From NCBI RefSeq assembly GCF_031360265.1, contig NZ_JANMBF010000116.1, positions 3,839 to 67,838 of the forward strand: a DNA stretch of 64,000 bases. Direction: 5' to 3'. This document shows, piece by piece, positions 37,666 to 47,525 of this stretch. Position 1 is the stretch's first letter; each line of letters begins with the position of its first letter. Below the pieces are notes generated by a model, which searched no databases, had not been told where the DNA came from, and saw nothing but the letters and a program-made list of their open reading frames with translations. Source of the stretch: Phenylobacterium sp. (GTDB taxonomy: Bacteria; Pseudomonadota; Alphaproteobacteria; Caulobacterales; Caulobacteraceae). A program made the translations under genes and the position numbers.

Positions 37666-40617
37666 CTAGAGCTGCACGATAAGATCGTAGGCCTTCCGCG
37701 CCGCCAGGCGGGCGGCGGCCAGGCGGGCCCGCAGCTGGCGGAAATCCCGTGCACCGCCCGCCCGGGCCAACAACGCACGGAACGCTGCCGGCTCGGCCTC
37801 CGGATCGGCGCCGTCGTCCAGCGCCACCTTCAATAGCTGGGTCAGGTCCTGTTGCAGCCGCCAGCCGCGCTCCAGGTCCGCCAGCGCCGCCGCCGGCGCC
37901 AGCGTGGCCTCGCGCAACGCCGCCAGGGCCTGGGCGGTGTTGGGCTTCAGCGGCCCACCTTCGGCGGCGTGCGCCAGCTGCAGGAACTGGACGGCGAACT
38001 CGATGTCCACCAGGCCGCCGTCGGAGAGCTTCAGGTCCCACGCGCCCTTCGCCGGCCGCTCGCGCGCCATAAGGGCGCGCATCTCGCGCACATCGGCGGC
38101 CGTCGCGGTCCGGTCCCGGTTCCGCCGCAAGGCTGTCGTGATCGCCGCCTCCGCCGCCTGGGCGAACGCCGGCCCGCTCGACCAGACCACCCGCGCGCGG
38201 GTCAGGGCCAACAGCTCCCAGGTCTCGGCTTCAGCCGCGTAATAGTCCTCGAAGGCCGCGAAGCTCACCGCCACTGGCCCCTTGGTCCCGGAGGGGCGCA
38301 ACTGCATATCCACCTCGTAGAGCCCGCCCTCGGCGGTCTGCGCCGACAGCGCCGCGATCAGCCGCTGGGTGAACCGGCCGTAGAAGGTGACCCCGTCCCA
38401 CCCCTTGATCACCGACCCGCCCGCCGGGTCCGACACCCGATAGAGGGTCATCAGGTCAAGGTCGGATCCGGCGCTCATCTCGCGGGAGCCGCATTTGCCC
38501 AGCGCCACCACCGCCACGTCGCCGGCGAAGCCACCGCCGATCCGCACGGTCTCCGCCAGGGCCGCGGCCGCCAGGGTTCCGATGCAGACGTCGGCCAGGT
38601 CGGCGAAGGCCTTGCCCGCGACTACCGCGCTGGCGGTCCCGCTCATCACCTGAACGCCCACCCGGAAGGCCTGCTCGCGGTGGACAATGCGCACGGCCTC
38701 CATCGCCGCCTCGAAACCCCCGGCGTCCATGTCGCGGACAGCGCGTTCGACGGCGGCCTGCATGGCGGCGCGATCCTCGGCGATGTCGATCGCCTCGAAG
38801 AACGCCCCGTCCAGCATGGAGTCGATGGCGGCCGGGCGTCTGGCAAGAGTCGCCGCAAGCCGCGGCGCGAACGCCATCACCTGGACGATCAGCTCGAAGA
38901 GCTTCGGTTGCGCCAGGAACAACGACTGAAGCTGCACCCCCGACGAAAGCCTGCCGAAGAAATCGGCGAACCGAAGGAAGGCGGTGTCCGGCGCACCTGT
39001 CGCCTGGGCCGCGTCCAGAAGGCGTGGGGCCAGGCGGGTGAACAGTTCGCGGCCGCGCTCGGTGGCGGTCGCCGGGATGCGGCCGCGATGCCAGGCGCGG
39101 ATGGTGGCCGCGACATTGGCCGGCGTCGAAAACCCCATCCGCTTCAGCGTCGCCAGGGTCGCCGGATCGTCATCGACGCCGGTGAAGACCAGGCTGCCGA
39201 AACGTGAGGACAGCGGCTCCTCCGACGGGAAGAGTTCGCTATAGCGCGCGTTGACGCCCTTCAGCGTCCGGGTGATCGCCGCGTCGAAGCTGCGCAGCGG
39301 CGCGAAGCCGCAGAGCGCCGCCACGCGCCGGCGCTCCGCATCGGAGTCCGGCAGCCGGTGGGTCTGCTCATCGGCCAGCATCTGGATCCGGTGCTCGATC
39401 CCGCGCAGGCGGATATAGGCGCCGGTCAGTTCAGCCGCGGTGCGCGGCGCCACGTGGCCGGCCTCGGCGAGCGCCGCCAAAGCGTCCAGCGTGCGACGAC
39501 CGCGCAGCGCCGGGTTGCGGCCGCCCAGGATCAACTGCTGGGTCTGGGCGTAGAATTCGATCTCGCGAATGCCGCCGCGGCCCAGTTTCAGGTCGACGCC
39601 GGCGGCGCTGACCCGCTCGTCCACCTTGTGAGCGTGGATCTGGCGCTTGATCGAGTGGATGTCGGCGATGGCGGCGAAATCGAGGTTCTTGCGCCACACG
39701 AAGGCCTGTAGCTCGCCCAGAAAGGCGTTCGCCGCCGGGATATCGCCGGCGCAGGGTCGCGCCTTGATGAACGCCGCCCGTTCCCAGTTCTGGCCGGCGC
39801 TCTCGTAGTATTCCAGCGCCGCGGCGATCGGCACCGCCGGCGGGGTCGAGGACGGATCGGGCCTCAGTCGCAGGTCCATGCGGAAGACATAGCCGTCGGC
39901 GGTCCGCGCCTGAATCAGGTCTGACAGTCGCTGCGTGAGGCGCACCGCGAACGCCCCGGCCTCGATCCCGTCGGCGAGCGGCATGGCGTCGGGATCGAAG
40001 AACACCGAGACATCGATGTCGCTGGAGTAGTTGAGCTCGAAGGCTCCTTGCTTGCCCATGGCGATGCAGAACCAGCCGGGGACCGGCCCCTCGTCGCCCT
40101 GACCCACCCGCGTCAGCCGCCCGGCCTCCAGTTCGCCCGTCGCCGCGACCACCAGCGCCGAGGCGACCGCGGCGTCGGCAAAGCGGGTCAGCGCGCCGGT
40201 CACCTGGTCGAGGTCCCAGACGCCGCCCAGGTCGGCGAGAGCGGTCAGCAGATGCAGCTCGGCCTTCAGCTCGCGCAGCCGCACCTGGGCCGCGGCGAAA
40301 TCCAGGCTCGCCGCGGCGGCCGTGCGTGAGAGAATATCGACCAGCCGCCGGTCAGGATCGTCGGCCAGCAGCGCGTCGAGCCGCGCGGGGTCACGCCGCG
40401 CCAGGCCGGCGAGGTAGGGCGAGGCGGCAAAGGCCGGGGCCAGCAAGGGCCATGCCTGGTCCAGGCGCTCCGCCGCCACCGCGCCGGCGATGACGGCGCG
40501 TATGCGCCCGGCAGCCCGGTCATCGACCACCGGACCACAGGGCTTCAGTTGTCGGGCGAGCGCCATGCCTTGAGGAAGTCCCACCGTTCCTGCGAGCCGG
40601 TCAAGCGGGTCCGTCAA
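37666..40617 (-). CDS. glnE: Bifunctional glutamine synthetase adenylyltransferase/deadenylase
   Basis: MGKQGAFELNYSSDID, DLRLRPDP, GGIREIEF, GSDLDL, QLRPSG. Confidence 0.95.
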   Translation of the reverse strand: MTDPLDRLAGTVGLPQGMALARQLKPCGPVVDDRAAGRIRAVIAGAVAAERLDQAWPLLAPAFAASPYLAGLARRDPARLDALLADDPDRRLVDILSRTAAAASLDFAAAQVRLRELKAELHLLTALADLGGVWDLDQVTGALTRFADAAVASALVVAATGELEAGRLTRVGQGDEGPVPGWFCIAMGKQGAFELNYSSDIDVSVFFDPDAMPLADGIEAGAFAVRLTQRLSDLIQARTADGYVFRMDLRLRPDPSSTPPAVPIAAALEYYESAGQNWERAAFIKARPCAGDIPAANAFLGELQAFVWRKNLDFAAIADIHSIKRQIHAHKVDERVSAAGVDLKLGRGGIREIEFYAQTQQLILGGRNPALRGRRTLDALAALAEAGHVAPRTAAELTGAYIRLRGIEHRIQMLADEQTHRLPDSDAERRRVAALCGFAPLRSFDAAITRTLKGVNARYSELFPSEEPLSSRFGSLVFTGVDDDPATLATLKRMGFSTPANVAATIRAWHRGRIPATATERGRELFTRLAPRLLDAAQATGAPDTAFLRFADFFGRLSSGVQLQSLFLAQPKLFELIVQVMAFAPRLAATLARRPAAIDSMLDGAFFEAIDIAEDRAAMQAAVERAVRDMDAGGFEAAMEAVRIVHREQAFRVGVQVMSGTASAVVAGKAFADLADVCIGTLAAAALAETVRIGGGFAGDVAVVALGKCGSREMSAGSDLDLMTLYRVSDPAGGSVIKGWDGVTFYGRFTQRLIAALSAQTAEGGLYEVDMQLRPSGTKGPVAVSFAAFEDYYAAEAETWELLALTRARVVWSSGPAFAQAAEAAITTALRRNRDRTATAADVREMRALMARERPAKGAWDLKLSDGGLVDIEFAVQFLQLAHAAEGGPLKPNTAQALAALREATLAPAAALADLERGWRLQQDLTQLLKVALDDGADPEAEPAAFRALLARAGGARDFRQLRARLAAARLAARKAYDLIVQL

Positions 40618-42017
40618 GCAGGTCGGGGCAGCACCAGGGCCACGCGCAGGCCCGGACCTGTGTCGCCCACCTGGCCGGGCCCCTCGTCAAGTTCGAGCCG
40701 TCCGCCGTGCGCCTCGGCGACAGCGGCCACCAGCGACAGGCCGAGCCCAGCCCCCGGCTCATTGCGACTGTTCTCCAGGCGGACGAACCGTTCGACCACC
40801 CGTTCGCGGTCGGCGTCCGGCACGCCGGGTCCGGTGTCGGTCACCGAGAACTCTACCTCGCCCGAGGAGCGGCGGCGCACGCGCAGCATGATCGCGCCCC
40901 CGGCCGGGGTGTATTTGACCGCGTTGTCGAGGATGTTGGCCAGGGCCTGGGCGAGGAATTCGCGATTGCCGCGCAGCTGCAACGGCTTGGCGAACTCGGC
41001 GGCGAAATCGATGCCCTTATCCTCGCAGAGCGGCGCGTAGAGTTCGGCGATGTCGGCCGCCAGATCCGCGGGGTCGAACAGCACCGGGTCAGGGGCCGCG
41101 CCGGCGGCCTGCAGCCGGGCGATCGACAGCACCGCGCCGAAGGTCTTCAGCACCCCGTCGGTATCGTCCAACGCCTGAGCCAGCGCCTGGGTCGGGTCGC
41201 CCTTGCCGGCCTCCACATCGAGGTAGGCGGCTTCCAGCCGCGCCCGAAGCCGGGTCAGCGGCGAGCGCAGGTCGTGGGCGATGGCGTCGCCGGCGTGGCG
41301 GTGGCCGGCCATCGAGCGTTCCAGGCGGTCCAGCATCTCGTTGACCCCCGCCGCCAGCTCATCGAACTCGTCACGGGCGCCGCGCACCTGGGCGCGGGCG
41401 CCAAGATCGCCATTGCGCACCGCCTCGACCACCTCGCTCAAGCCGACCATGCTGCGGGTGACGTTGCGGCTGACCAGCACCCCGCCGGCGAGGCCCAGCA
41501 CGATGACCAGGGCGCCGGCTCCCCAGAGCGCGCGGACTATCTTGACCACATAGGCCTCGTCGTCGCCGACGTCCGCACCGACGAAGAGGATCTGGCCGCC
41601 GCGCAGCGCCTCCTGCAGACCGCGCGCCGGGTGCTTGACCGTGTGGCCGTTGGCGTCGAGGTCGGTGACCGAAAAGCTGGTCCAGGTGCTCGGGCCGGAG
41701 AACGTCTCCACCGGGCTTTCCGCAATGGAGCCGGAGATCCGCTTCTGGTCCTTGTTCATCAGCAGATAGAGAAACGGCCGCTCGCTGGCCGCCCGTTCGA
41801 TCAGCGACTGGTTGACGGCGTCCAGCCCGGCGCGGTCGTAGGCCCCGACCAGCGAGCGCATCTCCCGCGTGATCTCCTGGTCCGTCCGTCGCGTCGCCTC
41901 GCCGGCGGTCGCCACATAGATGTAGGCCAGGAAGGCGCTGGCGGCGCTGGCGAACAGCGCCAGGAACAGCAGCGTCAGCCGGAACGGCGTGGTGCGGAAT
42001 ATGCGCGGCAGGCGCAT
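40614..42017 (-). CDS. HAMP sensor histidine kinase (UzcS/RagB-like by synteny)
   Basis: Two TMs, HAMP, AHDLRSPL H-box, NILDNAVKY, DTGPG, GLGLS. Confidence 0.9.
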   Translation of the reverse strand: MRLPRIFRTTPFRLTLLFLALFASAASAFLAYIYVATAGEATRRTDQEITREMRSLVGAYDRAGLDAVNQSLIERAASERPFLYLLMNKDQKRISGSIAESPVETFSGPSTWTSFSVTDLDANGHTVKHPARGLQEALRGGQILFVGADVGDDEAYVVKIVRALWGAGALVIVLGLAGGVLVSRNVTRSMVGLSEVVEAVRNGDLGARAQVRGARDEFDELAAGVNEMLDRLERSMAGHRHAGDAIAHDLRSPLTRLRARLEAAYLDVEAGKGDPTQALAQALDDTDGVLKTFGAVLSIARLQAAGAAPDPVLFDPADLAADIAELYAPLCEDKGIDFAAEFAKPLQLRGNREFLAQALANILDNAVKYTPAGGAIMLRVRRRSSGEVEFSVTDTGPGVPDADRERVVERFVRLENSRNEPGAGLGLSLVAAVAEAHGGRLELDEGPGQVGDTGPGLRVALVLPRPA

Positions 42018-42020
42018 CTA

Positions 42021-42168
42021 TCTCCCCTGCGAAGCGGGGGAGGGGGACCGTTCCCCGAATAGGGAATGGTGGAGGGCGCAAGCCTCAGACGCGGCGCATG
42101 GGGCTCGTCCCCTCCACCATCGGCTCTTCGGCCGATGGTCCCCCTCCCCCATGAATGGGGGAGGTAGG
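42021..42168. repeat. Multi-hairpin palindromic repeat between the response regulator and kinase genes
   Basis: Hairpins TCCCCTGC-GAA-GCGGGGGA, CCATCGGC-TCTTCG-GCCGATGG, CCTCCCCCAT-GAA-TGGGGGAGG; arms TGGTGGAGGG / CCCTCCACCA; CTA on both flanks (42018-42020, 42169-42171). Confidence 0.85.
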
Positions 42169-42840
42169 CTACGCATCCAGGCGGTAGCCCGCCCCGCGGA
42201 CGGTCTGCAGCATCGCCCGGTCGAAGCCCTTGTCGATCTTCGACCGCAGGCGCGAGATGTGCACGTCAATGACGTTGGTCTGCGGATCGAAGTGGTACTC
42301 CCAGACCTTCTCCAGCAGCATGGTGCGGGTCACCGACTGGCCGGCGTGGCGCATCATGAACTCCAGCAGCTGGAACTCGCGCGGTTGCAGGTCGATCTCC
42401 TTGCCTTGCCGATGCACCGCCCGCCCGATCAGGTCCATCTCCAGATCGCCCACGCGAAGCAAGGTCTGCACCGAACCGGTCTCGCGCCGGCGCGCCAGGG
42501 CTTCCACCCGGGCGATCAGTTCGGCGAAGGCATAGGGCTTGACCAGATAGTCGTCGCCGCCGGCCTGCAGGCCGGCCACCCGATCGCCGACCTCGCCCAG
42601 GGCCGAGAGGAACAGCACCGGCGTCTGGTCGCCCTCACGCCGGATGGTCTCGATCAGCTGCACGCCATCCATCTTCGGCATCATGCGATCGACGATCATC
42701 ACGTCGAACTGGCCGTCGCGCGCGGCGCCGAGACCCGCCTGCCCGTCCGCCGCCCGGCTGCAGACGTGGCCCGCGTCGGCCAGCCCCCGCTCCATGGCGT
42801 CGGCCGCCTCGAGGTCGTCTTCGACGATCAGGATCCGCAT
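42169..42840 (-). CDS. OmpR-family response regulator (UzcR/RagA-like by synteny)
   Basis: MRILIVEDD, DRMMP, GGDDYLVKPY, VIDVHISRLRSK. Confidence 0.93.
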   Translation of the reverse strand: MRILIVEDDLEAADAMERGLADAGHVCSRAADGQAGLGAARDGQFDVMIVDRMMPKMDGVQLIETIRREGDQTPVLFLSALGEVGDRVAGLQAGGDDYLVKPYAFAELIARVEALARRRETGSVQTLLRVGDLEMDLIGRAVHRQGKEIDLQPREFQLLEFMMRHAGQSVTRTMLLEKVWEYHFDPQTNVIDVHISRLRSKIDKGFDRAMLQTVRGAGYRLDA

Positions 42841-42868
42841 GCTGGTCTCGCCCCGCGCTGAGCGCGCC

Positions 42869-44431
42869 CTAGCCCGTCACCTTGAGCGGCAGGAACGTGG
42901 TGCGGCCCTGCCGAAAGATACCCATCAGGACGCCCGTGCGGCCAGCCTTCTTGGCGCTGTCGACGGCGGCGGCGACGTCAGCGGCGCTGGTCACCGGCTT
43001 GCCCCCGGCCTGGACGATCACGTCGCCTCGGCGCAGGCCCTTCTGACCGGCGTCGGACGCCTGATCGACGCTTTCGACCAACACGCCGCGCAGAGTCTCA
43101 GGCGCGTTGAGCCGCCGCCGGGTCGCCTCGTCAATCGGACCCAGCGCCATGCCGAGCACGGAGGTGTGCGGCGTCGCGGGGTCCCCCGGCGCGCGCTGGG
43201 CGCCGCCGGGCGTGTTGTCGTTGGAGGCCAGATCCCGTTCCGACGGCCGGATGCCGGAGCGAACCTCGACGGTGCGATGCTTGCCTTCGCGGATCACCTC
43301 CAGGCGCAGGGCGTCGCCGGCCTTGCCCTTGGCGACCTCGCGGGTCAGCTCCGAGGAGCTCTTCACCGACGCCCCGTTGATCGCCACGACCACGTCGCCC
43401 GGCAGCAACCCGGCGCGCTGCGAGGGGCCGCCCGGCACCAGGTCGGAGACGATCGCCCCCTTCTGGGAGCCCAGCCCCTGGGCTTCGGCCATGTCAGGCG
43501 TGAAGTTCTGGATCGTCGCGCCGATATAGCCGCGCTGAATCTTGCCGCCGGAAATCAGCTGCTTGGTGACCTTGTCGGCGATCTCGGCGGGAATCGCGAA
43601 GCCGATGCCCACAGACCCGCCAGACGGTGAGAAGATCGCCGTGTTGACGCCGATCACCCGGCCATAGATGTCAAAGGTCGGCCCGCCCGAGTTGCCCCGG
43701 TTGATCGGCGCGTCGATCTGGATGTAGTCGACGAAGGTCTCGCCGATGTCCCGCCCATAGGCCGAGATGATGCCCGCCGTCGCCGTGCCCCCCAGACCGA
43801 AGGGGTTTCCGACCGCGATGACCCAGTCGCCGACGCGCGGCTTGCCGGCGTTCTCGAAATTCACGAACGGGAAGTTGGTGCGCCCGCCCTTGACCTTGAT
43901 CACCGCCAGGTCGGTGCCTTCGTCACGGCCGACCACCACAGCTTCGAGTTCGGTCTCGTCCTTCAGCACCACCTTGATGGTCTCGGCGTTCTCGACCACG
44001 TGATTGTTGGTGACGATGTAGCCGTCAGCCGAGATGAAGAATCCGGACCCGGCGGACTGCTGGGTTGGCAGCCGTGGCTGGCCTCGCCCACCCTGCGGCG
44101 GCGCGGCCTCGTCGTCCCCCTCGCCCTTGCCCTTGGGCGTGAGGTCGAAGGGAAAATTCTCGAAGCCCGGGACCTTGCGCAGCGCACTGGTCTCAACCCG
44201 GCTGGTGACATTGATCGACACCACGGCGGGCGAGACCCGGTCGAAGATGTCGGCGAACGACATTGGCGCGCCCGGCGGCGGGGCGAAGATCGGCGCCGTC
44301 GAGGCCCTGATCAGATGCGCCTGGTCGGCGTGGGCGGACGGCAGCCGCATGCCGGCGCCGGCCACCGCGGCGGCCATGACGCCGGCGCCAGCTACGGCGC
44401 CCAGGAGATAACCCGTCTTCTTGGAGGTCAT
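42869..44431 (-). CDS. degP: Do/DegP (HtrA) serine endoprotease
   Basis: TNNHVV, DLAVIK, GNSGGP and two PDZ domains; ATG at 44431. Confidence 0.93.
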   Translation of the reverse strand: MTSKKTGYLLGAVAGAGVMAAAVAGAGMRLPSAHADQAHLIRASTAPIFAPPPGAPMSFADIFDRVSPAVVSINVTSRVETSALRKVPGFENFPFDLTPKGKGEGDDEAAPPQGGRGQPRLPTQQSAGSGFFISADGYIVTNNHVVENAETIKVVLKDETELEAVVVGRDEGTDLAVIKVKGGRTNFPFVNFENAGKPRVGDWVIAVGNPFGLGGTATAGIISAYGRDIGETFVDYIQIDAPINRGNSGGPTFDIYGRVIGVNTAIFSPSGGSVGIGFAIPAEIADKVTKQLISGGKIQRGYIGATIQNFTPDMAEAQGLGSQKGAIVSDLVPGGPSQRAGLLPGDVVVAINGASVKSSSELTREVAKGKAGDALRLEVIREGKHRTVEVRSGIRPSERDLASNDNTPGGAQRAPGDPATPHTSVLGMALGPIDEATRRRLNAPETLRGVLVESVDQASDAGQKGLRRGDVIVQAGGKPVTSAADVAAAVDSAKKAGRTGVLMGIFRQGRTTFLPLKVTG

Positions 44432-44572
44432 ATGACTTCTGTTCCCTGTGCGCCCCGCAGCTTCGGACGCGCTTTTCAAGCCGAGGTTCGATGCACGAGA
44501 GCTTCGCCGCCCTCAAGTTACGTTTAGATCACCGTCGGATCGGTATTCCGACCGATGTTAGGCGCAATCATG

Positions 44573-45025
44573 TCAGGCGGAATCGCTTTCCGCGAGCCGT
44601 CTCACGCGGTTGGCCTCTTCCGGAGAGAGTTCCGCCTCCGCCGCGCGGTTCCGCAGCCTTGACGCCAGCAGGCCGCCACCCGCCAGAACCACCAGGAACG
44701 GCCCACCCCAGAGCGCCAGATTGACCCAGGAGAAGGCCGGGGTCAGCAGGACAAATTCGCCATAGCGGTCGGTCAGGAAACGCTTGATCTGGGCGTCGCT
44801 GCGACCCGCTCGGACCTGTTCGCGCACCGCACGGCGCAGATCGCCCGCGAGCTCAGCTTCGGAATCGTCGATCGATTCGTTCTGGCAGACGAGGCAGCGG
44901 ACGTCGGCGAAGATCGCCCGGGCGCGGGCTTCCTGATGCGGATCGGCGAGGCGTTCGGCCGGGTCGGCGGCGGCGGCGATGCAGATCACCCCGGCCAGCG
45001 CGGCGAGGAGCGAACGCGCGGTCAT
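44573..45025 (-). CDS. ccmH: Cytochrome c biogenesis protein CcmH/CycL
   Basis: RCLVCQNESIDDS, RYGEFVLL. Confidence 0.93.
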   Translation of the reverse strand: MTARSLLAALAGVICIAAAADPAERLADPHQEARARAIFADVRCLVCQNESIDDSEAELAGDLRRAVREQVRAGRSDAQIKRFLTDRYGEFVLLTPAFSWVNLALWGGPFLVVLAGGGLLASRLRNRAAEAELSPEEANRVRRLAESDSA

Positions 45026-47016
45026 GCCGGCTGCTCCCCGGCGACAGCTTTGGCGCGCCGCGCGACGCCCAGCCTGAGACGCCGGTCAGACAGCGAGATC
45101 AGGCCGCCGATGGCCATGATCACCGGCCCAAGGAAAATCAGCGTCGCCCAGGGGTTCCAATAGGCCCTGACCAGCCAGACCGGCGTGCCGGCCATGGTCT
45201 CCCGCCGCTCGCCCAGCACCATGTAGAGATGCGACGCGCCGCGATAGCAGATCGCCACCTCCGAGGTGGTCTGACCGCCGGCCGGATAGAACCGCCGCTC
45301 CGGCTCGCCCGTGCAGACTGGCTTGCCGTCCCGGGTGGCGCGGATCAGGCCGCGCTCGGCCTCGAAGTTGGGACCATCGACGGGCCCGACACTTTCCAGG
45401 ACCAGGTGATACCCGCCAACATCGAGCGACCCGCCAAGACTGAGCGCCTCGGCGGCCTCCCCCTTCCAGCCGATCTCGAAACAGGCGCCCAGCACGAACA
45501 CGCCGAGGCCCAGGTGGGCCAGCGTCATCCCCCAGGCGCCGCGTGGCAGGCCAACCAGCCGCCGCCAGCTGTCAGCGGCGGGAACCCGCAAGGCCCGCGT
45601 GCGCTCGACAAGTTCGGAAATCGCCCCACCGATCAGCCAGACGCCCAAGGCCAAGCCCAGGCACCCCAGCGCCTTCTTCGGACTGACCAGTGCATAGGCC
45701 AGCAGGCCGCAGCCGACCGCGATCACCGCGGCGATCCAAAGGCGCTGACCGACTCCTCGCAGATCGCCGCGCTTCCAGGCCAGCAGTGGCCCGGCCGGCA
45801 GCAGGATCGCCAGCGCCGCCATCAGGGGCGTGAAGGTGGCGTTGAAATAGGGGGGTCCCACCGAGATGGATTCCCCGGTCAGGGCTTCGCGGATCAGCGG
45901 ATAGAGCGTCCCCAGGAGCACCGTCGCCGTCGCCGCGGCCAGCAGGATGTTGTTGAGCACCAGGGCGCTTTCGCGGCTGATCGGTGCGAAAAGCCCGCCC
46001 GGACTGAGCTGCGGCGCGCGCCAGGCGAACAGGGTGAAGGCGGAGCCGGAGGTCAGCCCCAGAATGATCAGCAGCAGCACGCCGCGCGTGGGATCCACGG
46101 CGAAGGCATGCACCGACGTCAGCACGCCCGAACGCACCAGGAAGGCGCCCAGCATCGAGAAGGTGAAGGCGCCCAGGGCCAGGAACAGGCTCCAGCCGGC
46201 CAGGGCGCCGCGTTTTTCCGTGACAATGGCTGAGTGCAACAGGGCGGTGGCCACCAGCCACGGCATGAACGAGGCGTTCTCGACAGGATCCCAGAACCAC
46301 CAGCCGCCCCAGCCCAGCTCATAGTAGGCCCAGAAGGCGCCGAGCGTGATGCCCACCGTCAGGAAACTCCACGCCGCCAGCGCCCAGGGTCGCACCCAGC
46401 GGGCCCACGCGGCGTCCACCCGTCCCTCGATCAAAGCGGCGACGGCCAGCGAGAACACCACCGACATCCCCACATAGCCCGCGTAGAGGAACGGCGGATG
46501 GATCGCCAGGGCGGGGTCCTGCAGCAAGGGGTTGAGCGAGCGGCCCTCAACCGGCGGCGTGGCGATGCGCATCAAGGGGTTGGAGGCGAACACCGTGTAG
46601 GCCAGGAACACGCTGCCCAGCGCGCCTTGCGTCGCCACCATCAGCGCCTTGAGGCCGCGCGGCAGGCCGCCGCCGAGCGTCGCCGATGCCGCGCCATAGC
46701 CGGTGAGGATCAGGCACCAGAGCAGCATCGAGCCCTCGTGACTGCCCCAGGCTCCGGCCACCTTATAGAGCAGCGGCTTTTCGGTGTGCGAATTGGCCGC
46801 CACATTGGCGACGGAGAAATCCGACGTCACGAAGGCATAGATGAGGCTGGCGAAGGCGATCGCCACGCCAGCGAACGCGGCCAGGGCCGCACCTTCGCCG
46901 GCCGCTGCCAGGACCGTCGAACGGCGGATCCGCGCGGCGGTCGACAGCATCAGCTGGGCGATGGCGCAGGCCAGCGCCAGGGTCAGCGCGAAGGATCCGA
47001 ACTCGGCGGTCATCAT
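45022..47016 (-). CDS. ccmF: Cytochrome c heme lyase CcmF/CycK
   Basis: WGSHEGSMLLW, HPPFLYAGY, WGGWWFWDPVENASFMPW. Confidence 0.96.
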   Translation of the reverse strand: MMTAEFGSFALTLALACAIAQLMLSTAARIRRSTVLAAAGEGAALAAFAGVAIAFASLIYAFVTSDFSVANVAANSHTEKPLLYKVAGAWGSHEGSMLLWCLILTGYGAASATLGGGLPRGLKALMVATQGALGSVFLAYTVFASNPLMRIATPPVEGRSLNPLLQDPALAIHPPFLYAGYVGMSVVFSLAVAALIEGRVDAAWARWVRPWALAAWSFLTVGITLGAFWAYYELGWGGWWFWDPVENASFMPWLVATALLHSAIVTEKRGALAGWSLFLALGAFTFSMLGAFLVRSGVLTSVHAFAVDPTRGVLLLIILGLTSGSAFTLFAWRAPQLSPGGLFAPISRESALVLNNILLAAATATVLLGTLYPLIREALTGESISVGPPYFNATFTPLMAALAILLPAGPLLAWKRGDLRGVGQRLWIAAVIAVGCGLLAYALVSPKKALGCLGLALGVWLIGGAISELVERTRALRVPAADSWRRLVGLPRGAWGMTLAHLGLGVFVLGACFEIGWKGEAAEALSLGGSLDVGGYHLVLESVGPVDGPNFEAERGLIRATRDGKPVCTGEPERRFYPAGGQTTSEVAICYRGASHLYMVLGERRETMAGTPVWLVRAYWNPWATLIFLGPVIMAIGGLISLSDRRLRLGVARRAKAVAGEQPA

Positions 47017-47525
47017 GGCGTCACCCTGCCCGCTTCCCCGACCGAGGGAGCTTTGGCGTAGTCGGGCGTGGAACCGTCGCCGCGCCATTCCCCCTGCGCC
47101 TTCAGCGCCTTGGTGAGCTCTCGCGGCATGTAGCGTTCGTCGTGCTTGGCCAGCACCTGCTTGGCCTCGAACACGCCGTCCCTGCGGAACGATCCGACGG
47201 CCACCACGCCCTGGCCCTCGCGGAACAGGTCCGGAAGGTCGCCCTGGAACACCACCCGATCGGCGGCGGTGCGATCGGCGACCGTGAACTCCACCCGGCC
47301 ATCCGGATGCTTAGCCACCGAACCGATCCGAACCATCCCGCCAAGCTGCACGGCGCGACCCGGTGACGGACTGGCCTTGGCGGCCTGCGAGGGCGTGTAG
47401 AAGAACGAGATCGAATCCTTCAGCCCCCACAGCGTCAGGCCCACGGCCATCACCAGGATCGGGGCGATGGCGGCCACCAGGGTCAGGCGCCGGCGCGCCT
47501 TGGGAGACTTCGGCAACCAGCTCAT
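47013..47525 (-). CDS. ccmE: Heme chaperone CcmE/CycJ
   Basis: LPDLFREGQG, LAKHDERYMP; ATG at 47525. Confidence 0.94.
   Translation of the reverse strand: MSWLPKSPKARRRLTLVAAIAPILVMAVGLTLWGLKDSISFFYTPSQAAKASPSPGRAVQLGGMVRIGSVAKHPDGRVEFTVADRTAADRVVFQGDLPDLFREGQGVVAVGSFRRDGVFEAKQVLAKHDERYMPRELTKALKAQGEWRGDGSTPDYAKAPSVGEAGRVTP

Noticed and set aside
44539-44575. UzcR-type CATTAC-N-TTAA site upstream of degP
   Set aside because: The best match (CATGAT...CTAA) has too many mismatches to support
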